Source: Tubulanus polymorphus (lineage: Eukaryota; Animalia; Nemertea). Taken from it: a stretch of DNA of 64,000 nt. Made by a program: the position numbers and the translations under genes. Under the pieces are notes generated by a model. The model had not been told where the DNA came from. It was given only the letters and a program-made list of their open reading frames with translations, and ran no database searches. The stretch is from the NCBI RefSeq assembly GCF_964204645.1, contig NC_134036.1:11139859-11203858 (forward strand), given 5' to 3'. Below, piece after piece: positions 22,270 through 36,165 of the stretch (position 1 is its first letter; every line of letters begins with the position of its first letter).

Positions 22270-25200
22270 TATGAATAATGTAATTCTCGCTGCAGCCGCA
22301 AGCCTCTATCATAAAGTCTGTTGATACGTATTTGGAGTCGCTACCGAAGCAACCTCTACACAGCTGCCCAGCGCGTCCAACTACCGTCTTTAAGCCAGCA
22401 AAAAAGTCGTGATTAAAGAACCATCTACTATGCCATAGAAAATCAGCGTTTTTGTACAGAGGTAAACTGAACTATGTATTTCTTGAATATAAGGCTACCA
22501 ACGATGAAAGCGATGTATTATTATTGCTGTTTATTCTTTTTCTGTTTTTTTTTTGCTTTTGCTAGATATACTTATACTCGCATGCCATCATGTTTGTTGC
22601 CGAAACCAAAGTGGACATTACTTTTTTCATTGCTCCGAGTGTTTGGCCATCATATCGCGGAGAGAAAATATCGAAACACATCTAGTCGTATGTAATAAAA
22701 CAGTCGTATCCGTCAACGAAGTACCGAATCCGCGCTCTGCAGCAGTCGTATCCGTCAACGAAGTACCGAATCCGCGCTCTTCAGCAGTCGTATCCGTCAA
22801 CGAAGTACCGAATCCGCGCTCTGCAGACGTCGTATCCGTCTACGAAGTACCGAATCCGCGCTCTGCAGCAGTCGTATCCAACGAAGTACCGAATCCGCGC
22901 TTAGAAACAGTCGTATCCGTCAATGAAATGCTGAACCCACGCTCTGCAGCAGTCGTATCCAACGAAGTACCGAATCCGCGCTTAGAAACAGTCGTATCCG
23001 TCAATGAAATGCCGAACCCACGCTCTGCAGCAGTCGTATCCAACGAAGTACCGAATCCGCGCTTAGAACAGTCGTATCCGTCAATGAAATGCCGAACCCT
23101 AAATGGGACAATGTGAAATTTACACATTGCAATGCTACCATTAGGTATAGAAAAAATATAAAGAAGCATATGGCTCAGCATTCACCTGCAATTATTGATT
23201 CCAACAGACACAACACCGGGATATGTGTCGACCCCAATCGGGGAATATTTTTGATCGCGAATTCTATGCACGGAGTGGGATACCCCATCCATGTGATTGC
23301 AAGGGCATCGCCGCCTGCAATGTTCAGTTGCGAAAACGACACGTGCATCTCGGCATCAGAAGCGTCTGCACGAGGTGGCAATAATGCATACCAGAGTCCA
23401 CACGTCAAAAGTGGTACTCACGCCCTTCCATATGTAAATACACAGTTAAAAAACGACAGTTTAGAGTCACTTGTACATAGATAAATTATTGGAATAGATA
23501 GCAAAAATGCTTGTCCAGTGCGTTCACAGTTGGCATTGCAAAAAAGGCTCCATTGATCAGTGTATGGATGAGAAGTGAACGCTTTATCCATATGTCAATA
23601 TTTTGCGGAGAAATACGATCATGGAGTCGGCATGGTAGATGTGTCATTTCGTTCGATCGGAAAGCATTACAATTAAATTGTAAATGCTCATCAGGAAAGG
23701 CTGTATCCACAAGTCTATTGCAAAGTGGTTTTCATTGCAATCAAATCTGGCATTCACCGACGTGAAATCCAATAATCTGGACACCAAGACGCTGACCATT
23801 CCATCGACTATTCATACCCGCCACAGGGTCAACTTTTGGACGAATTGTCACATTATTTACGCAATTACAAGCGAATCCCGGTTATCCCGGGACATGTACA
23901 ATCCCCAAGCCAAATCACGCAGATTAGACTTCGCAAAAATCGTTGCCATAAATGTGGATGTGAACTGCACGAACACAGATTTACGTTTCGCGGGGAAATT
24001 GTCGATATTATTGCCATTCACATAAGTTATTTTGATTGAATTATTTAATGGATTTGTTTAATTGAGTCGAAAATCATGCATTTAAAATGTTGTCTTATCT
24101 AATCATATAATGTTAAATGACACTGTTTTTTTAAGATATTGAAGTATACGTTCGGCAATGTCGACAATGAGGTCATTGGTTTCGATATCAGGAGCACGAT
24201 GAGGGAATTCATATCTTCGACGACAGTTTGTTGTTGTCGACTCGTTTCTCGTTTATGTCTGTGGTTACGAGCTGGTTTGATGGTAAGTATCAACCTCACT
24301 GTAAAGTTCAAATATGACTTTGTTAATTCTATTGTTCATGAAATTTCATGTCTTATAATTTTAGAATCATACAGCAGTAGGTCGTTTGGTGTCAATCATA
24401 GAGGAAACATCGAACATAAAACTCAACCAACAGGCTCAATGGTGAGGCATAAATCAAGTTTTAGCAGATCAGACAAATATGTTTTTTTCTACCAACGGAC
24501 GTCATTCATCCGCGTTATTTTCTATTGCAGCTTCAGAATTAGAGCCAACAGACGACTGCACGGATGATGTAAATATTGATTCGTTTTAATCACAAGTGGA
24601 AACTGATATAATCAATCAATCAAGCAAAGGTAGCATTTTCAACATTAGAAGGTAGCCACATTCATCTCAAATAGTGGCTACAGCAATCGTTTGTACATAT
24701 TTTAGGTTGCATGGCGAACAAGATAGTAGCCCCAAACTTTAGTAACTGGGCGCCATCGATCGTAAAAGTAGAAGCGGTGATACCGCTGTAAATACAGAGT
24801 ACAAAAAATACAACTGTTTGCATGTCCAAGACGACAACAATGATGAAGACAATGAATTGACGATAACCACCGAACAGATATTACATTTGATGTACGACAC
24901 TGTGGTAAGGAGTTAACAGACCTAGATTATGACTAAATAATTCTTACCTACAATGGCAAGATGGAATAAGCGCTATTATTACAGTACAAGACATTCAGAA
25001 AGCATGCAGAAGCATCGGAATAAAAGAGACCGGATCGAAAACGGGTATGCTTAAAATGCTTTAAAGCAAGGTCTATGGTAACAATAGTACTATGAAAAGT
25101 TAGTTAAACTATGGGGAGCATCAGGTAAGGATCAATGTTCGTTGTTTCTCCGAACTTGAATATAAAGTTCGTTCGAATAATATGACTTTATTTTTATTGT

Positions 25201-25880
25201 CAGGTGGTTGGCTTGCTGTAACATGTCCACATCGAGTGGCCTACGGTATTAAGGTGTTACTTCATGGAGAAGGGCCGAGAGATCACGTACACATGATACT
25301 TTCCATGAAGCACCAGCCGACTATTGTAATAAGTGACTTGGCTGGGATAGTAGCAAAACACGGCAATCAACGCACTTCGAATATGTTTCATCCTAACGAA
25401 GGCCGTCTGTTAGAACCAACCGAGGAAAATATCACAGCGGCCAAAAACAAAGAAACTAGACATTGATATACCCTATTTAAGACACTTGAAATATGAACAG
25501 TTGTCAACCATGATTATGTAAATAATACAGGTGGCCATCCAATCACTCGTACAACGAATACCTACGTAATTTCAATCGTTTTCACGAAACTAACACCAGC
25601 GTCGAGAAAGATATTTTGAGACGGATGAACCATGTGCGCCAGTTACGTGGTTGGCTAAATAGCGAATCGCAAGAACAGATTAATTCTGTGATAAAAAAGA
25701 AAATTTTTTTCTCGACGTGATGGGTGCTGCAAAACACGTGTTCGTGCTGCGACTCATTATTCACTTCTGGCACGTTCGAATCAATTGTGATGCGAAGCAT
25801 TTACTTGAGAAAAGAACGGAGCAAGTGTCATCGATTGATCCGTATGGAAGAATAAAGTTCGATATAGGCATAAACTCGGG
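22270..25880 (+). pseudogene. KDZ-type / HMGXB3-like transposase relic with Zn fingers and a SWIM domain, multi-exon and degraded
   Basis: CRNQSGHYFFHCSEC; GICVDPNRGIF...YPIHV; SWIM-like CKCSSGKGCIHKSIAKW; GGWLAVTCPHRVAYGIKVLLHGEGPRDH; FHPNEGRL; RFHETN...WLNSESQEQINS. Confidence 0.7.
22701..23100 (+). repeat. 42/39-bp coding minisatellite (VVSVNEVPNPRSAA)n inside the KDZ-like gene
   Basis: About 10 units of GTCGTATCC(GTC)AACGAAGTACCGAATCCGCGC. A 1-nt deletion in the last unit (about 23068) shifts the frame. Confidence 0.93.
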
Positions 25881-26991
25881 TACGTTAAAAGTCAATACGT
25901 AAATATATTCTTTGCTTATGTCACTTTCAAGAATCATGTATAACACATCATTACAGTCAACGTCCAGTTAATGCGGATACACGAAATGATAGTCCAATGA
26001 CTGCGGATACACGAAATGAAACAAACACGAACTCACATGTAATATTTTTTACAATATTTACACTTCCAAATACTATAACGTCGTTGTTACCAGTCTTGCC
26101 GAAGCAGAGAGATTTCCTATTAGACATTTGCACTCAGTTCCATGCTTGTAAATATGTAGTAAATGTTTACATAATATAATTTTACGGGGACGAGAAATTT
26201 GTGAGTATTTCTGTCTGAAAATCCGCTTTAGAAATTCAGTCAAAAATAACTATTGATTTCAAGGATTTATTCACATTTTAACACATAGAACCGGTATTCA
26301 ATGTATACAGTGCATTCTGATATTCTGTAAATTACATACATACCTACAGCTACATAAATTACTACGCGGACTCAAAATTCATCTTCAACAAATCGATGGT
26401 TTTCTTCTTTTTTATTGCTTATTATTCTCTCACATCACACACATACACAAATACGAATTAATTTTTTTTTTCGAATTCACGTTTCAACTTACTATAGTGC
26501 TTGATGAAAAACATTCAGTAAACAAAACATAACGAATTTGATCGAGTTTACCAGAAAAATACGAAATATCCATTCAGCATTCATACTTCGTATACGGTAC
26601 ACTGTTAACTATAGCAACTCCACCTTAATTTGACGATCATCTCTATTAGAAGTGACGTCATCGTGGGGGTCAGCAGTGTTTTGTGTACAATAGGTTTAGC
26701 ACGTGGATTAATTTTTATCTAATTCTATTTATCTAATTTCGTATCCGGAGTTCTAACAACCCCAAAATTCTTCGATCTTCAAATCAGTTCTAACTAATTT
26801 CGGCTAGGCACTTGTGCTTAAATCATAACGCGACGACTCCAGTAACATGACTCCAAACGGCAGTTAGACGTCAATAACTGCAGTACATATATTTGAATAT
26901 CAAGTAATCGGAATTGGCGCGCATTTGACTTTCTGCAGCGTTGTTTCGCAGTTATTACCAACTAGCGACCATGCGTTGTGTGCGAACTGAA

Positions 26992-27747
26992 ATGATGGCT
27001 TTAGAAAATGTATCGTTTGTTGGCGCCGAGATTCTCAATGGATCAGACCTGACGACCACCACTGAGAATGGCAATGTAAATATATTCATCACGCTGATTA
27101 AAAACCGTTTCACGTGAATCTGTATCTACAGATCACGACGTATGTTATAGTCTGCATTGCCATCTTTGGCTTCTTTTATAATTCTCAGCAAAGAACGTTC
27201 TAACAACACCGGCATATTTTATTTGAGATGTTTGGCTATTGCGGATACGTCTATTTGTTTGTCTTATATGGTATTTGACTTTCAATATCGGCTCTACAAT
27301 CACACACTCATACTGGATATGACAGCCGAAATCAACCAAGTTATGAAGCGCATATTCATGCACTCAACACATTCGACTTTTGTTTTCATGTATCAGTGAT
27401 CTAATTACACTACTAATAGCTATTGACACATATATCGTAGTTTGTTGGCCCCTGAAAGCTGTAAGAATCATCACATCTACGAGAAGTTATGCCTACATCA
27501 TTTTCGTGGTTGCAGTTACCGTTGTTGATGAGTCGAGAAATTATTTCAATGCTCGTAGGTCCATTTACCCGTGCACTGGACACGAGCGATGGACTCAGAA
27601 GTTGACACCATTTGGTAAAAATAGATATCTGAAATTATACGGTGTTTTTGTCCGGGCTCCAATATTTACTATCATCCCGGCAGTGATAGTGATTCTAATT
27701 ACTATCAGATTGATCTTTACGTTAAGAAGCGCTGGAGCAGCGGCAGC

Positions 27748-27783
<36 letters not shown>

Positions 27784-28105
27784 CGTAGTGTTAGTTCTTA
27801 TATCATGTTTCTACTTACTGAAGAAGGCATTTGGTCTCAGAGCAGCAGTAATGAATCTTATTTCAACTCTAAATGGGAAAATTGTAAAAGGTTCGATATC
27901 AACAATGTTGAACCAAATTCAAAATATAGTCAGAATGATCGTGGCGTCTAGTAATTGTGTAATCTATTGTGCTTCGCGGCGTCGATTCCGAGTTCAATTA
28001 ATAGCGCTGTTTTCATTGAAAGGAAATCCCATGACTGATAAAAAAACTACTCTCAACTGTGACGTTCACCTGCTGACTATAGTAGTAGTCTTATTCTTCC
28101 ATTAG
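26992..28105 (+). pseudogene. Intronless rhodopsin-family peptide GPCR (FMRFamide-receptor-like), with stop and frameshifts
   Basis: N-terminus MMALENVSF...NGS; TM2 FYLRCLAIAD; TM3 IAIDTYIVVCWPLKA; TM5 IIPAVIVILITIRL; TM7 SSNCVIYC..RRRFR. Lesions near 27117 and 27390. Confidence 0.85.
27737..27781 (+). repeat. (GCA/GCG)15 trinucleotide run encoding poly-Ala in GPCR intracellular loop 3
   Basis: Seen directly, between TM5 and TM6. Confidence 0.95.
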
Positions 28106-30039
28106 TTTCAAAGCATCGAGTCACAAATACCACTCGTATTCTGCAGTCAATTTCCTATCCCGTCGTCTTTACTTCTTGGACTGGACCATTAACGATGGCA
28201 AAATCTGATAGAATTATAAGACCGACGTATCAAATCTCAAATAAGTTTTGATTGGATTTTATATGATATTCCATCCCTAAGATCCGATGAAATGAGGTTT
28301 CACGGCGGCCGATGATGCAATGGTCTCTCTATTTTGATATTTTTACACAATTCCATGTTTGCAACTTTGTGGTAAATTTGTACATTTTATATATTTTACT
28401 GGGACGAGAAATTCGCGAATATTTCTGTATGAAAATCCGCTGCAGAAATTAAAATCGCTAATATATGTTTGAGCCATCCTCATTGGTTTTAAATTCATTG
28501 TTTTCGTTTGAGATCTTTTAACCACGACGGTACGGAGCCGCAATTTTCAGCGACCTTGGCTGTGAAGACGTGCACTTGCTCCCGGTCAATTATGCGTATG
28601 ACGTCACAATGTTCTAGAAAACAACACGGCTTCGTCGCGTGATCTGCCTCTTAGAATCTATTTAACGCTGATGTTTTAATAAATTGTATAAAAATGAAGT
28701 GAGTTCTTTAGATTTATAGCCAGATATTGTAAAAGTAATTAAATTTGATGTTTATTTAAAAAACTAATTAAAAACTTAATTGGTACGTCAATCATCTGCT
28801 CAAAATGGCGGAACGTCATGGATATGTGTTGTTTTCACTCGCCGAATCGAATGAATCACGTCACAAATGGCCATTCATGTCTCTGGAATTATCATCTCTA
28901 TGTTCGTTGATACGGGATGTGTTCGTTTGATGGAATATAATGCCTGGAAATGTGTAATCTGTACTCTATTCAGCTGAACCACCGTGAAATGGAATCAATT
29001 CAATTCAAATTTTAGTCAACTCGTCTCAACAATAATAGGCCTAGGCCTAATGTTAATTCGTGAAGAGACTACGCCGTAAGGTAAGTTTCCATAATGTTTG
29101 ATGTTGAACTTACGCCAAATTCTTTATTTATTTGGCCCGGGGGTGTAGCTTATTCTATTAGTATTGTAGGCCTACCAATTCTCAATCAAATTCCATGAAC
29201 CGACTCAATTATCACGTCCTGATTGGTGGGTCCGGGGTTGATATCCGGATAATATGGTGAAATTGTCACTGGAAAATTTTGATTTGGGGGCTATCCATAG
29301 CCTACACTAGGGTGCTTTTCGAAAAGTCCTTTGTTGATGAAATAGTAGGCCTGCCTATTCATTCTCCATAGTAGATTTCTGCCTACCTAGAGTCAGGCCA
29401 GAAGAATAGTTGGAAATTTAAATTCAACAATCACAAGTTTCATTTCAAGATTGTCATAGCTCAAGACATTCATTGCTTAAAGCTGGTGCAATCCATACTG
29501 AATATGTAAAGAAATTAATCATGTATGCTAATTACATGATGTGCTATAAATTAATTATATTCTCATCAGTGTGTATCCTTTATCGTCTTCAGAACCATTC
29601 ATACTAATTCACCAAAATTAACAATTTATTTATTGCTTTCAAAGTTTATTCCAATTGTCTTCGAACTCCTGTATAAAATTCATAGAAAAACCAACATGGT
29701 GAAAAATCTATAAACCATTTTTTTAAATTTACAGTGATTAGGCCCTAACTGATGGACCAATGGAATTTTGATGCATGTGTCAACAAGAAATTAGTAAGTA
29801 GGCTAAGAGTGGATCTATAGTGCCAAAATTGGGAGCTACCATTCTATATGTTGGGAGCCAGTTTTACCCACCCCTGGTTGAGAGGTTAGATGTCACATCT
29901 CAAGTTAGGCCTACCATGTGCAGCAAAGATTTACACACAGTTCAAAATATTCAATACAATTTGAGAAGTTACATTGAAATAAGTGACATTTTGGTTAGTT
30001 TGTTGGATTTTCTACTAATGGCTATCAGATCCTGACCCA

Positions 30040-30130
30040 GGTAGCTCATCCTCCCAAGCAGGAATTCGAACCTGATGGCATCGTTACACTCAGGTACGGC
30101 ACGAACCCCTGCCACACTAGACCGGGTGCG
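30040..30130 (-). mobile_element. tRNA-derived SINE head
   Basis: A-box-like GGTCTAGTGTGG and B-box GGTTCGAATTCC on the minus strand; no cloverleaf. Confidence 0.45.
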
Positions 30131-30159
30131 CAGGTACATGCACAGCTTTGCCGCATGAA

Positions 30160-31020
30160 AATAGACATACAGACAGATAGATAGACCATAAACATTGATA
30201 TTGAATTATCTGACAGTAGAGCGAGCGGGAGGGATTAAACCCGAACATAACTCTATGGTTTAGTACCATTGAATTGCCCAATTCCCATCCACTTCTCTAC
30301 TGTCAGAAATACATGTAGACATACAGACAGATATAGACAGACCATAAACATTGACATACACACAAATAGACAGACCATAAACATTGATATACAGACAAAT
30401 AGACAGACCATAAACATTGATATACAGACAAATATACAGACCATAAACATTGATATACAGACAAATAGACGGACCATAAACATTGATATACAGACAAATA
30501 GACAGACCATAAACATTGATAAACAGACAGATAGACAGACCATAAACATTGATATTGAATTATCTGACAGTAGAGCGAGCGGGAGGGATTAAACCCGAAC
30601 ATAACTCTATGGTTTAGTACCATTGAATTGCCCAATTCCCATCCACTTCTCTACTGTCAGAAATACATGTAGACATACAGACAGATATAGACAGACCATA
30701 AACATTGATATACAGACAAATAGACGGACCATAAACATTGATATACAGACAGATAGACAGACCATAAACATTGATATACAGACAAATAGACAGACCATAA
30801 ACATTGATATACAGACAAATAGACAGACCATAAACATTGATATACAGACAGATAGACAGACCATAAACATTGATATACAGACAGATAGACAGACCATAAA
30901 CATTGATATTGAATTATCTGACAGTAGAGCGAGCGGGAAGGATTAAACCCGAACATAACTCTATGGTTTAGTACCATTGAATTGCCCAATTCCCATCCAC
31001 TTCTCTACTGTCAGAAATAC
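30160..31020. repeat. 354-bp higher-order tandem repeat (about 2.4 copies) built on a 30-bp subrepeat, just past the transposase 3' end
   Basis: 30-mer ATAGACAGACCATAAACATTGATATACAGA. The block TTGAATTATCTGACAGTAGAGCGAGCGGG recurs every 354 bp. Confidence 0.95.
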
Positions 31021-31070
31021 ATATTCAAGATGCATGTTTTCTAAACATTAATCGCATAAATTCTATCATT

Positions 31071-33744
31071 TCAGATGACAGCCGTGTTGCCATGCTTACC
31101 ACATTTCTGGCAGATTCGTGAATTGTCTTTCAACGTTTTGAAACATCCTCCACACACACACACTTCCGGATTACAATTGGTGCATCAATATGGTTTCGAC
31201 TAGAATAAAGACCCTGATTAATGAACATTAATTTTGTTCTGTGGACTTGATTACGGATGTTGCAGTACACACGAGCATCTTCATTCATGACGGCGTGTTT
31301 ACTTTCGAGACCTTGTTCACTAAATAATCCAAGGGATTGCCAGGTTTTCACAAAATCAGGGATGTGGTAGATAAGAATATGCATCTTTGGAGTTATAGTC
31401 GAATTGGGAAATGTTATGGGAAACCATTCACCGAATTCGTGACAAAGACTCTCGAGTTTCTCAATTTCATCTTGAGACAAAAATCTGCAAGCTGTATATA
31501 AACCATAAATAACACTGAATTTTTCAAATAATGTCAGAAATTTTGCTTTGTCTGTTGGATGGTCATTCAATGTACTAAGTAGTTGTAAGGGATTGTTAGT
31601 AGTGTCGTCAATTTGCAAGAACTTATGAATATGGTTCCCTATAAAACTGTTGGAGTGGTATGCTTGACGATCAATGCCTATTTCATGTAGTTTTTGGTTA
31701 AGTGATGTCTGAATTGGACCTTGAAGTGCTTTGACTTGGCTATGGATTGCTTTTAAATTTGATCTCGCTGCAATTAAATGAATTTTAACTGCCTCTATGT
31801 CGAATTTCAAATTGTCCTGTATTTCGTTCTGAGTTTTCAAAATCGTATTGGCCGATACTTTCTTGCCAGCTGTGCACTGGTGGCAGTGAAACGCAGTTGG
31901 AAGACTTCGTTGGTAAATTTCAATTCACTGCTCATGGTGCATCACATTTTACACAGTAGGCATATAGATTTGGTCGAGGGTTGTCAATTACACGAATGAT
32001 GCATATAGCTGCAGAACAGTTAAGTGGGCTTGAACCCTTTTTTGGCATTGATTAGCATCTTAGTGAATTTCAATGATGATGTAAGATTCTCATTGAGATC
32101 CTTGAGCTGTTCATCGAGCTGTCTCACTTTATTGGAGGCATCCTTCCATTTCTCATTGAGGAGGGGGTCCCGCTCACCAAGCATTGTGTTGTCGAGCTCA
32201 ATGCATCTTTGTTCCACAATTTCAAATATTTGCAGACCCACCCCAAGAGACACATGTAATGGTGGGGGAACTAGATGCATCATGTCTAATGGTCGGAACA
32301 GCATGGGACCATTAATGCTGTGACTGGTTGGTCCGGGTCTATCTTGCCGAGACGTACTCAGATCCTCTAGATAAGTATTGATATCCCGCAGACGATATAC
32401 CGTGACCTTTGGACAGTGCGGTTGCCCTTTCTTGTTTCGTAAGTCATCTAAAGGGACAAAACACCAGAGACAGGGGTATGATGCCGAACATCCTTGATGT
32501 CCCATCATGCTACACAGGTAGTGAATGTCCCCTATGAAGAAAATGCGCACAGAATATATTGTGTCATTGATTGTGATAGTCGTAACTGTTTCAAATTCGG
32601 TTCTACATCTACCGAAGACTAATTCGAGATTTTCAATATTGTCAATGGCTTCAAAGTAGCCAAGAAGGTGGGAAGAATCGGGACTGTTTGGAGAGTTGCC
32701 GTTGATAATTGAAAATACCATTTTGGTACTTTTCCCACCTTTATCAACACCGACTTTTATCCATATTTCTCCATGGAATTGGTCGAAAAGATTAAGCTTA
32801 TTCTTGTCACACAAGATCTGTACAGCTCTCTGAAAATAGTTCCTAATTTCATTCAGCACGACGTAAGGTGCAAGCTGTTTTTCATGTGTTCGACTGTTTA
32901 CTTCCATGATCATTTCTCCAGCATGGAAGTATGGGATTAAGTCCTCACTTCGAGTAACTAATTCATTGCGTATTGATGCCACCGATGGAAAAATTGGTTG
33001 ACCCATTGATTCGAGAATTGATTTCATACGTAGCAATCTCTTTGTGGGAAGGCGAAGATGAAGTTTCAAGTCAATGGATTGGCTCGGAGACAAAGATGTA
33101 GCCATAAAATGGGATTTAGCTAGAGTTGCTTTTGTTAAAGAGGGATATTGCTTTAATAGTTGGCATAAAGTTGATGCAGCATCGTCAAGACATGGTTGAT
33201 CTTTAGTTGAAACATAATCCAAGATACATTTCAATTTTGATGCTCGGTCTTCTAGGGTACGGGCGCTAGCAGATGCTGAATCCATACTGGGAGTTTCAAG
33301 TTTCACGTATTTAGATGGTCTCGCAGGTACAGACGCGTTTAAAGGCATAGCTGTAAAAAACGTTTTAACCGATCCATCTAAAACTTGCAATAGATTTGCA
33401 TTTAGAAATGCCTGTAATTTTGTATTCAAATATTCGGAGTTAGATTTGACTAATGAATTTTCTGTTATCATCTTTGCTATGAATTATTTTTGCTCCTTGA
33501 TGATTTTTTCCATCTCAATTAACTTTTGTTCAAATCTTAACATACTGGATTTTAACTCCTTAATTTCGGTATCTTTATCAGTAACAAGTTTCTGTAGCAG
33601 CTGTATGCGAGATCCATCTGAAGATAATGAGCAAATCGGAGTTGAAACATTTTGGTCAATCGGTGGAAAATGTGTTTCGGTATCGGTATTCTCATCAGAG
33701 GTTTCTTGGGTTTCCTCTAATGTCTGTTTTGATGAAAGACGTCC
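31071..33744 (-). pseudogene. Chapaev-type RAG1-fold transposase with an inserted PHD-like finger and a C-terminal Cys cluster; frameshifted
   Basis: KVGVDKGG, FEAIDN, IGDIHYL, GHQGCSASYPCLWC, VPPPLHVSLG, GIDRQAYH..FIGNH, TPKMHIL, SEQGLESKH. Cys/His finger at about 31865-32020. C-terminus RKCVC...ICQKC. Confidence 0.87.
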
Positions 33745-33957
33745 TTAAAAGCAATTGAAAGAAAAGTCTAAATGAATTCTAGGTACAGTTTGAAATCAAC
33801 TTAGTTTAAATTTACAGACTCGGGAATTTATTTTTTTCACCCTGAGGTGACTTTACCCTGGAAATTTTAAAAAATATTACTTTTTAGGTCTCCGTCTTTT
33901 CCATTGAAAAATATGTGTAGAACCGATGTCAGATTACAAACAGCAAGTGCAGATCTG

Positions 33958-34084
33958 GGGCCAGTTGCTCAAAAGTTGGTTAAAGATAACCAGCGGATAA
34001 ATACCATAGTAACAATGAACTTTTAATTGTCACTATGTCAACTATCCACTGGTTAACTCTAACCAACTTTTGAGCAACTGGCCC
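33958..34084. mobile_element. Palindromic MITE (Harbinger-like)
   Basis: TIRs GGGCCAGTTGCTCAAAAGTTGGTTA and TAACCAACTTTTGAGCAACTGGCCC. Confidence 0.8.
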
Positions 34085-34949
34085 TTGGAGGCTTTTAGGC
34101 TAATTTGCACATTTCATAATTATTATTTTTAGAAGTGTATAAGCTTTCATCCGATATATAGTTTGAATGAATCCAGTAAGAAATAAGAAATCTAGGGTTA
34201 AGTAACCTTCAATTCGAAATTGACTTTTGAGTCAGTTTAGGAATAATGAAGGTTAATAAATGTACTATGTATTTACTGATCATAACTATTGGTAATATTA
34301 ATTTCATACTCACATATTAATCCATTGTATGCCTGCTGAACATTAAAATTGTGTTAAACACAATAAATACGGTACTGGTATGTAAGTCATTGACTCACAT
34401 CTCACCTTTGATAGAGACTATTAACAATGAAAAATGAAAAGATGCATCCCAAAAACACCCAGAATCATACTGGTATTTATCGCATATTTTCTCAAAAAAA
34501 ACCAATCGAAAAAAAGAACAAAAACTCGAAAAATTAAAAACACATAAGATCAAATTTATTTTCTAATTCAATAACACGGATTGGAAGAAAACTTACTGGC
34601 AGACAACATTTTTGCCATTTTAGATTTGAATTTATTTGACTTCTTTCCAGAACCGAAATATAATTTTCTCTTGCCAGAACGAGCCTTAACTGTCCTACTT
34701 CCAGATTCTTTATCAGCCATCTAAAGTGAGAAGACAAAAGAAAATTGGGCACATTAAAAAAGTTGACTTTTGATAAGGAAAAGTTAATAGTACATGCAAC
34801 TAGGGGTTCAGGGGCATCATGCCCACTTAAGAAGTGGTCAAGAATGCTAAAAAATCTGACAAATTCAATATTCAATGCCCTATTGAACAGATATGAAAAC
34901 CAATGACCTTGCCATATTTCAGACTTCAATGCCGCACACAAACTAACGA

Positions 34950-36165
34950 TGAAATCATCAGATAACTTACATCGAACACTAGAATTCACAAATATCGATG
35001 GATTCCTCAAGACTTAACGTCCCCGCACACTACATGTCGACGGATTCCTAGAAGGACTCGACGTCGCCGCACAAACCGGACCTGTTAAAAACAAGAATTA
35101 AATAAAATTGAATTTGAATTGGCATTGATTTTATGGATAAAATCATCAGATAACTTACATCGAACGCTAGAATTCACGAAAATCGATGGATTCCTCAAGA
35201 CTTAACGTCGCCGCACACTAAATATCGATGGATTCCTCAAGACTTAACGTCGCCGCACACTAAATGTCGACGGATTCCACAGGACTCAACGTCGCCGCAC
35301 ACAAACTTAACCGGACCTGTTAAAAAAAGAATTAAATATAATTGAATTTGAATTGGCGTCGATTTTATGGATGAAATCATCAGATAACTTACATCGAACG
35401 CTAAAGTTCACGAAAATCGATGGATTCCTCAAGACTTAACGTCGCCGCACACTAAATGTCGACGGATTCCACAGGACTCGACGTCGCCGCACACAAACTT
35501 AACCGGACCTGTTAAAAAGAAGAATTAAATATTATTGAATTTGAATTGGCATTAATTTTATGGATAAAATCATCAGATAACTTACATCGAACGCTAGAGT
35601 TCACGAAAATCGATGGATTCCTCAAGACTTTACGTCGCCGCACACTAAATGTCGACGGATTCCTAGAAGGACTCGACGTCGCCGCACAAACCGGAACTGT
35701 TAAAAACAAGAATTAAATAAAATTGAATTTGAATTGGCATTGATTTTATGGATAAAATCATCAGATAACTTACATCGAACGCTAGAATTCACGAAAATCG
35801 ATGGATTCCTCAAGACTTAACGTCGCCGCACACTATATATCGATGGATTCCTCAAGACTAAACGTCGCCGCACACTAAATGTCGACGGATTCCACAGGAC
35901 TCAACGTCGCCGCACACAAACTTAACCGGACCTGTTAAAAAAAAGAATTAAATATAATTGAATTTGAATTGGCATTGATTTTATGGATAAAATCATCGGA
36001 TAACTTACATCGAACGCTAGAATTCACGAAAATCGATGGATTCCTTGAATATTCAACACGTATCGCCACACACTAAATGTCGACGGATTCCTAGAAGGAC
36101 TCGACGTCGCCGCACAAACCGGAACTGTTAAAAACAAGGATGAAATACCATTGAATTTGAATTGC
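34950..36165. repeat. Six tandem units (188/234/193 bp) forming an approximately 615-bp higher-order duplication
   Basis: AAATCATC(A/G)GATAACTTACATCGAAC at 34952, 35140, 35374, 35567, 35755 and 35990. Confidence 0.93.

Noticed and set aside
30253-30989. Six repetitive ORFs on both strands
   Set aside because: By-products of the 30-bp repeat; no sign of real coding function.
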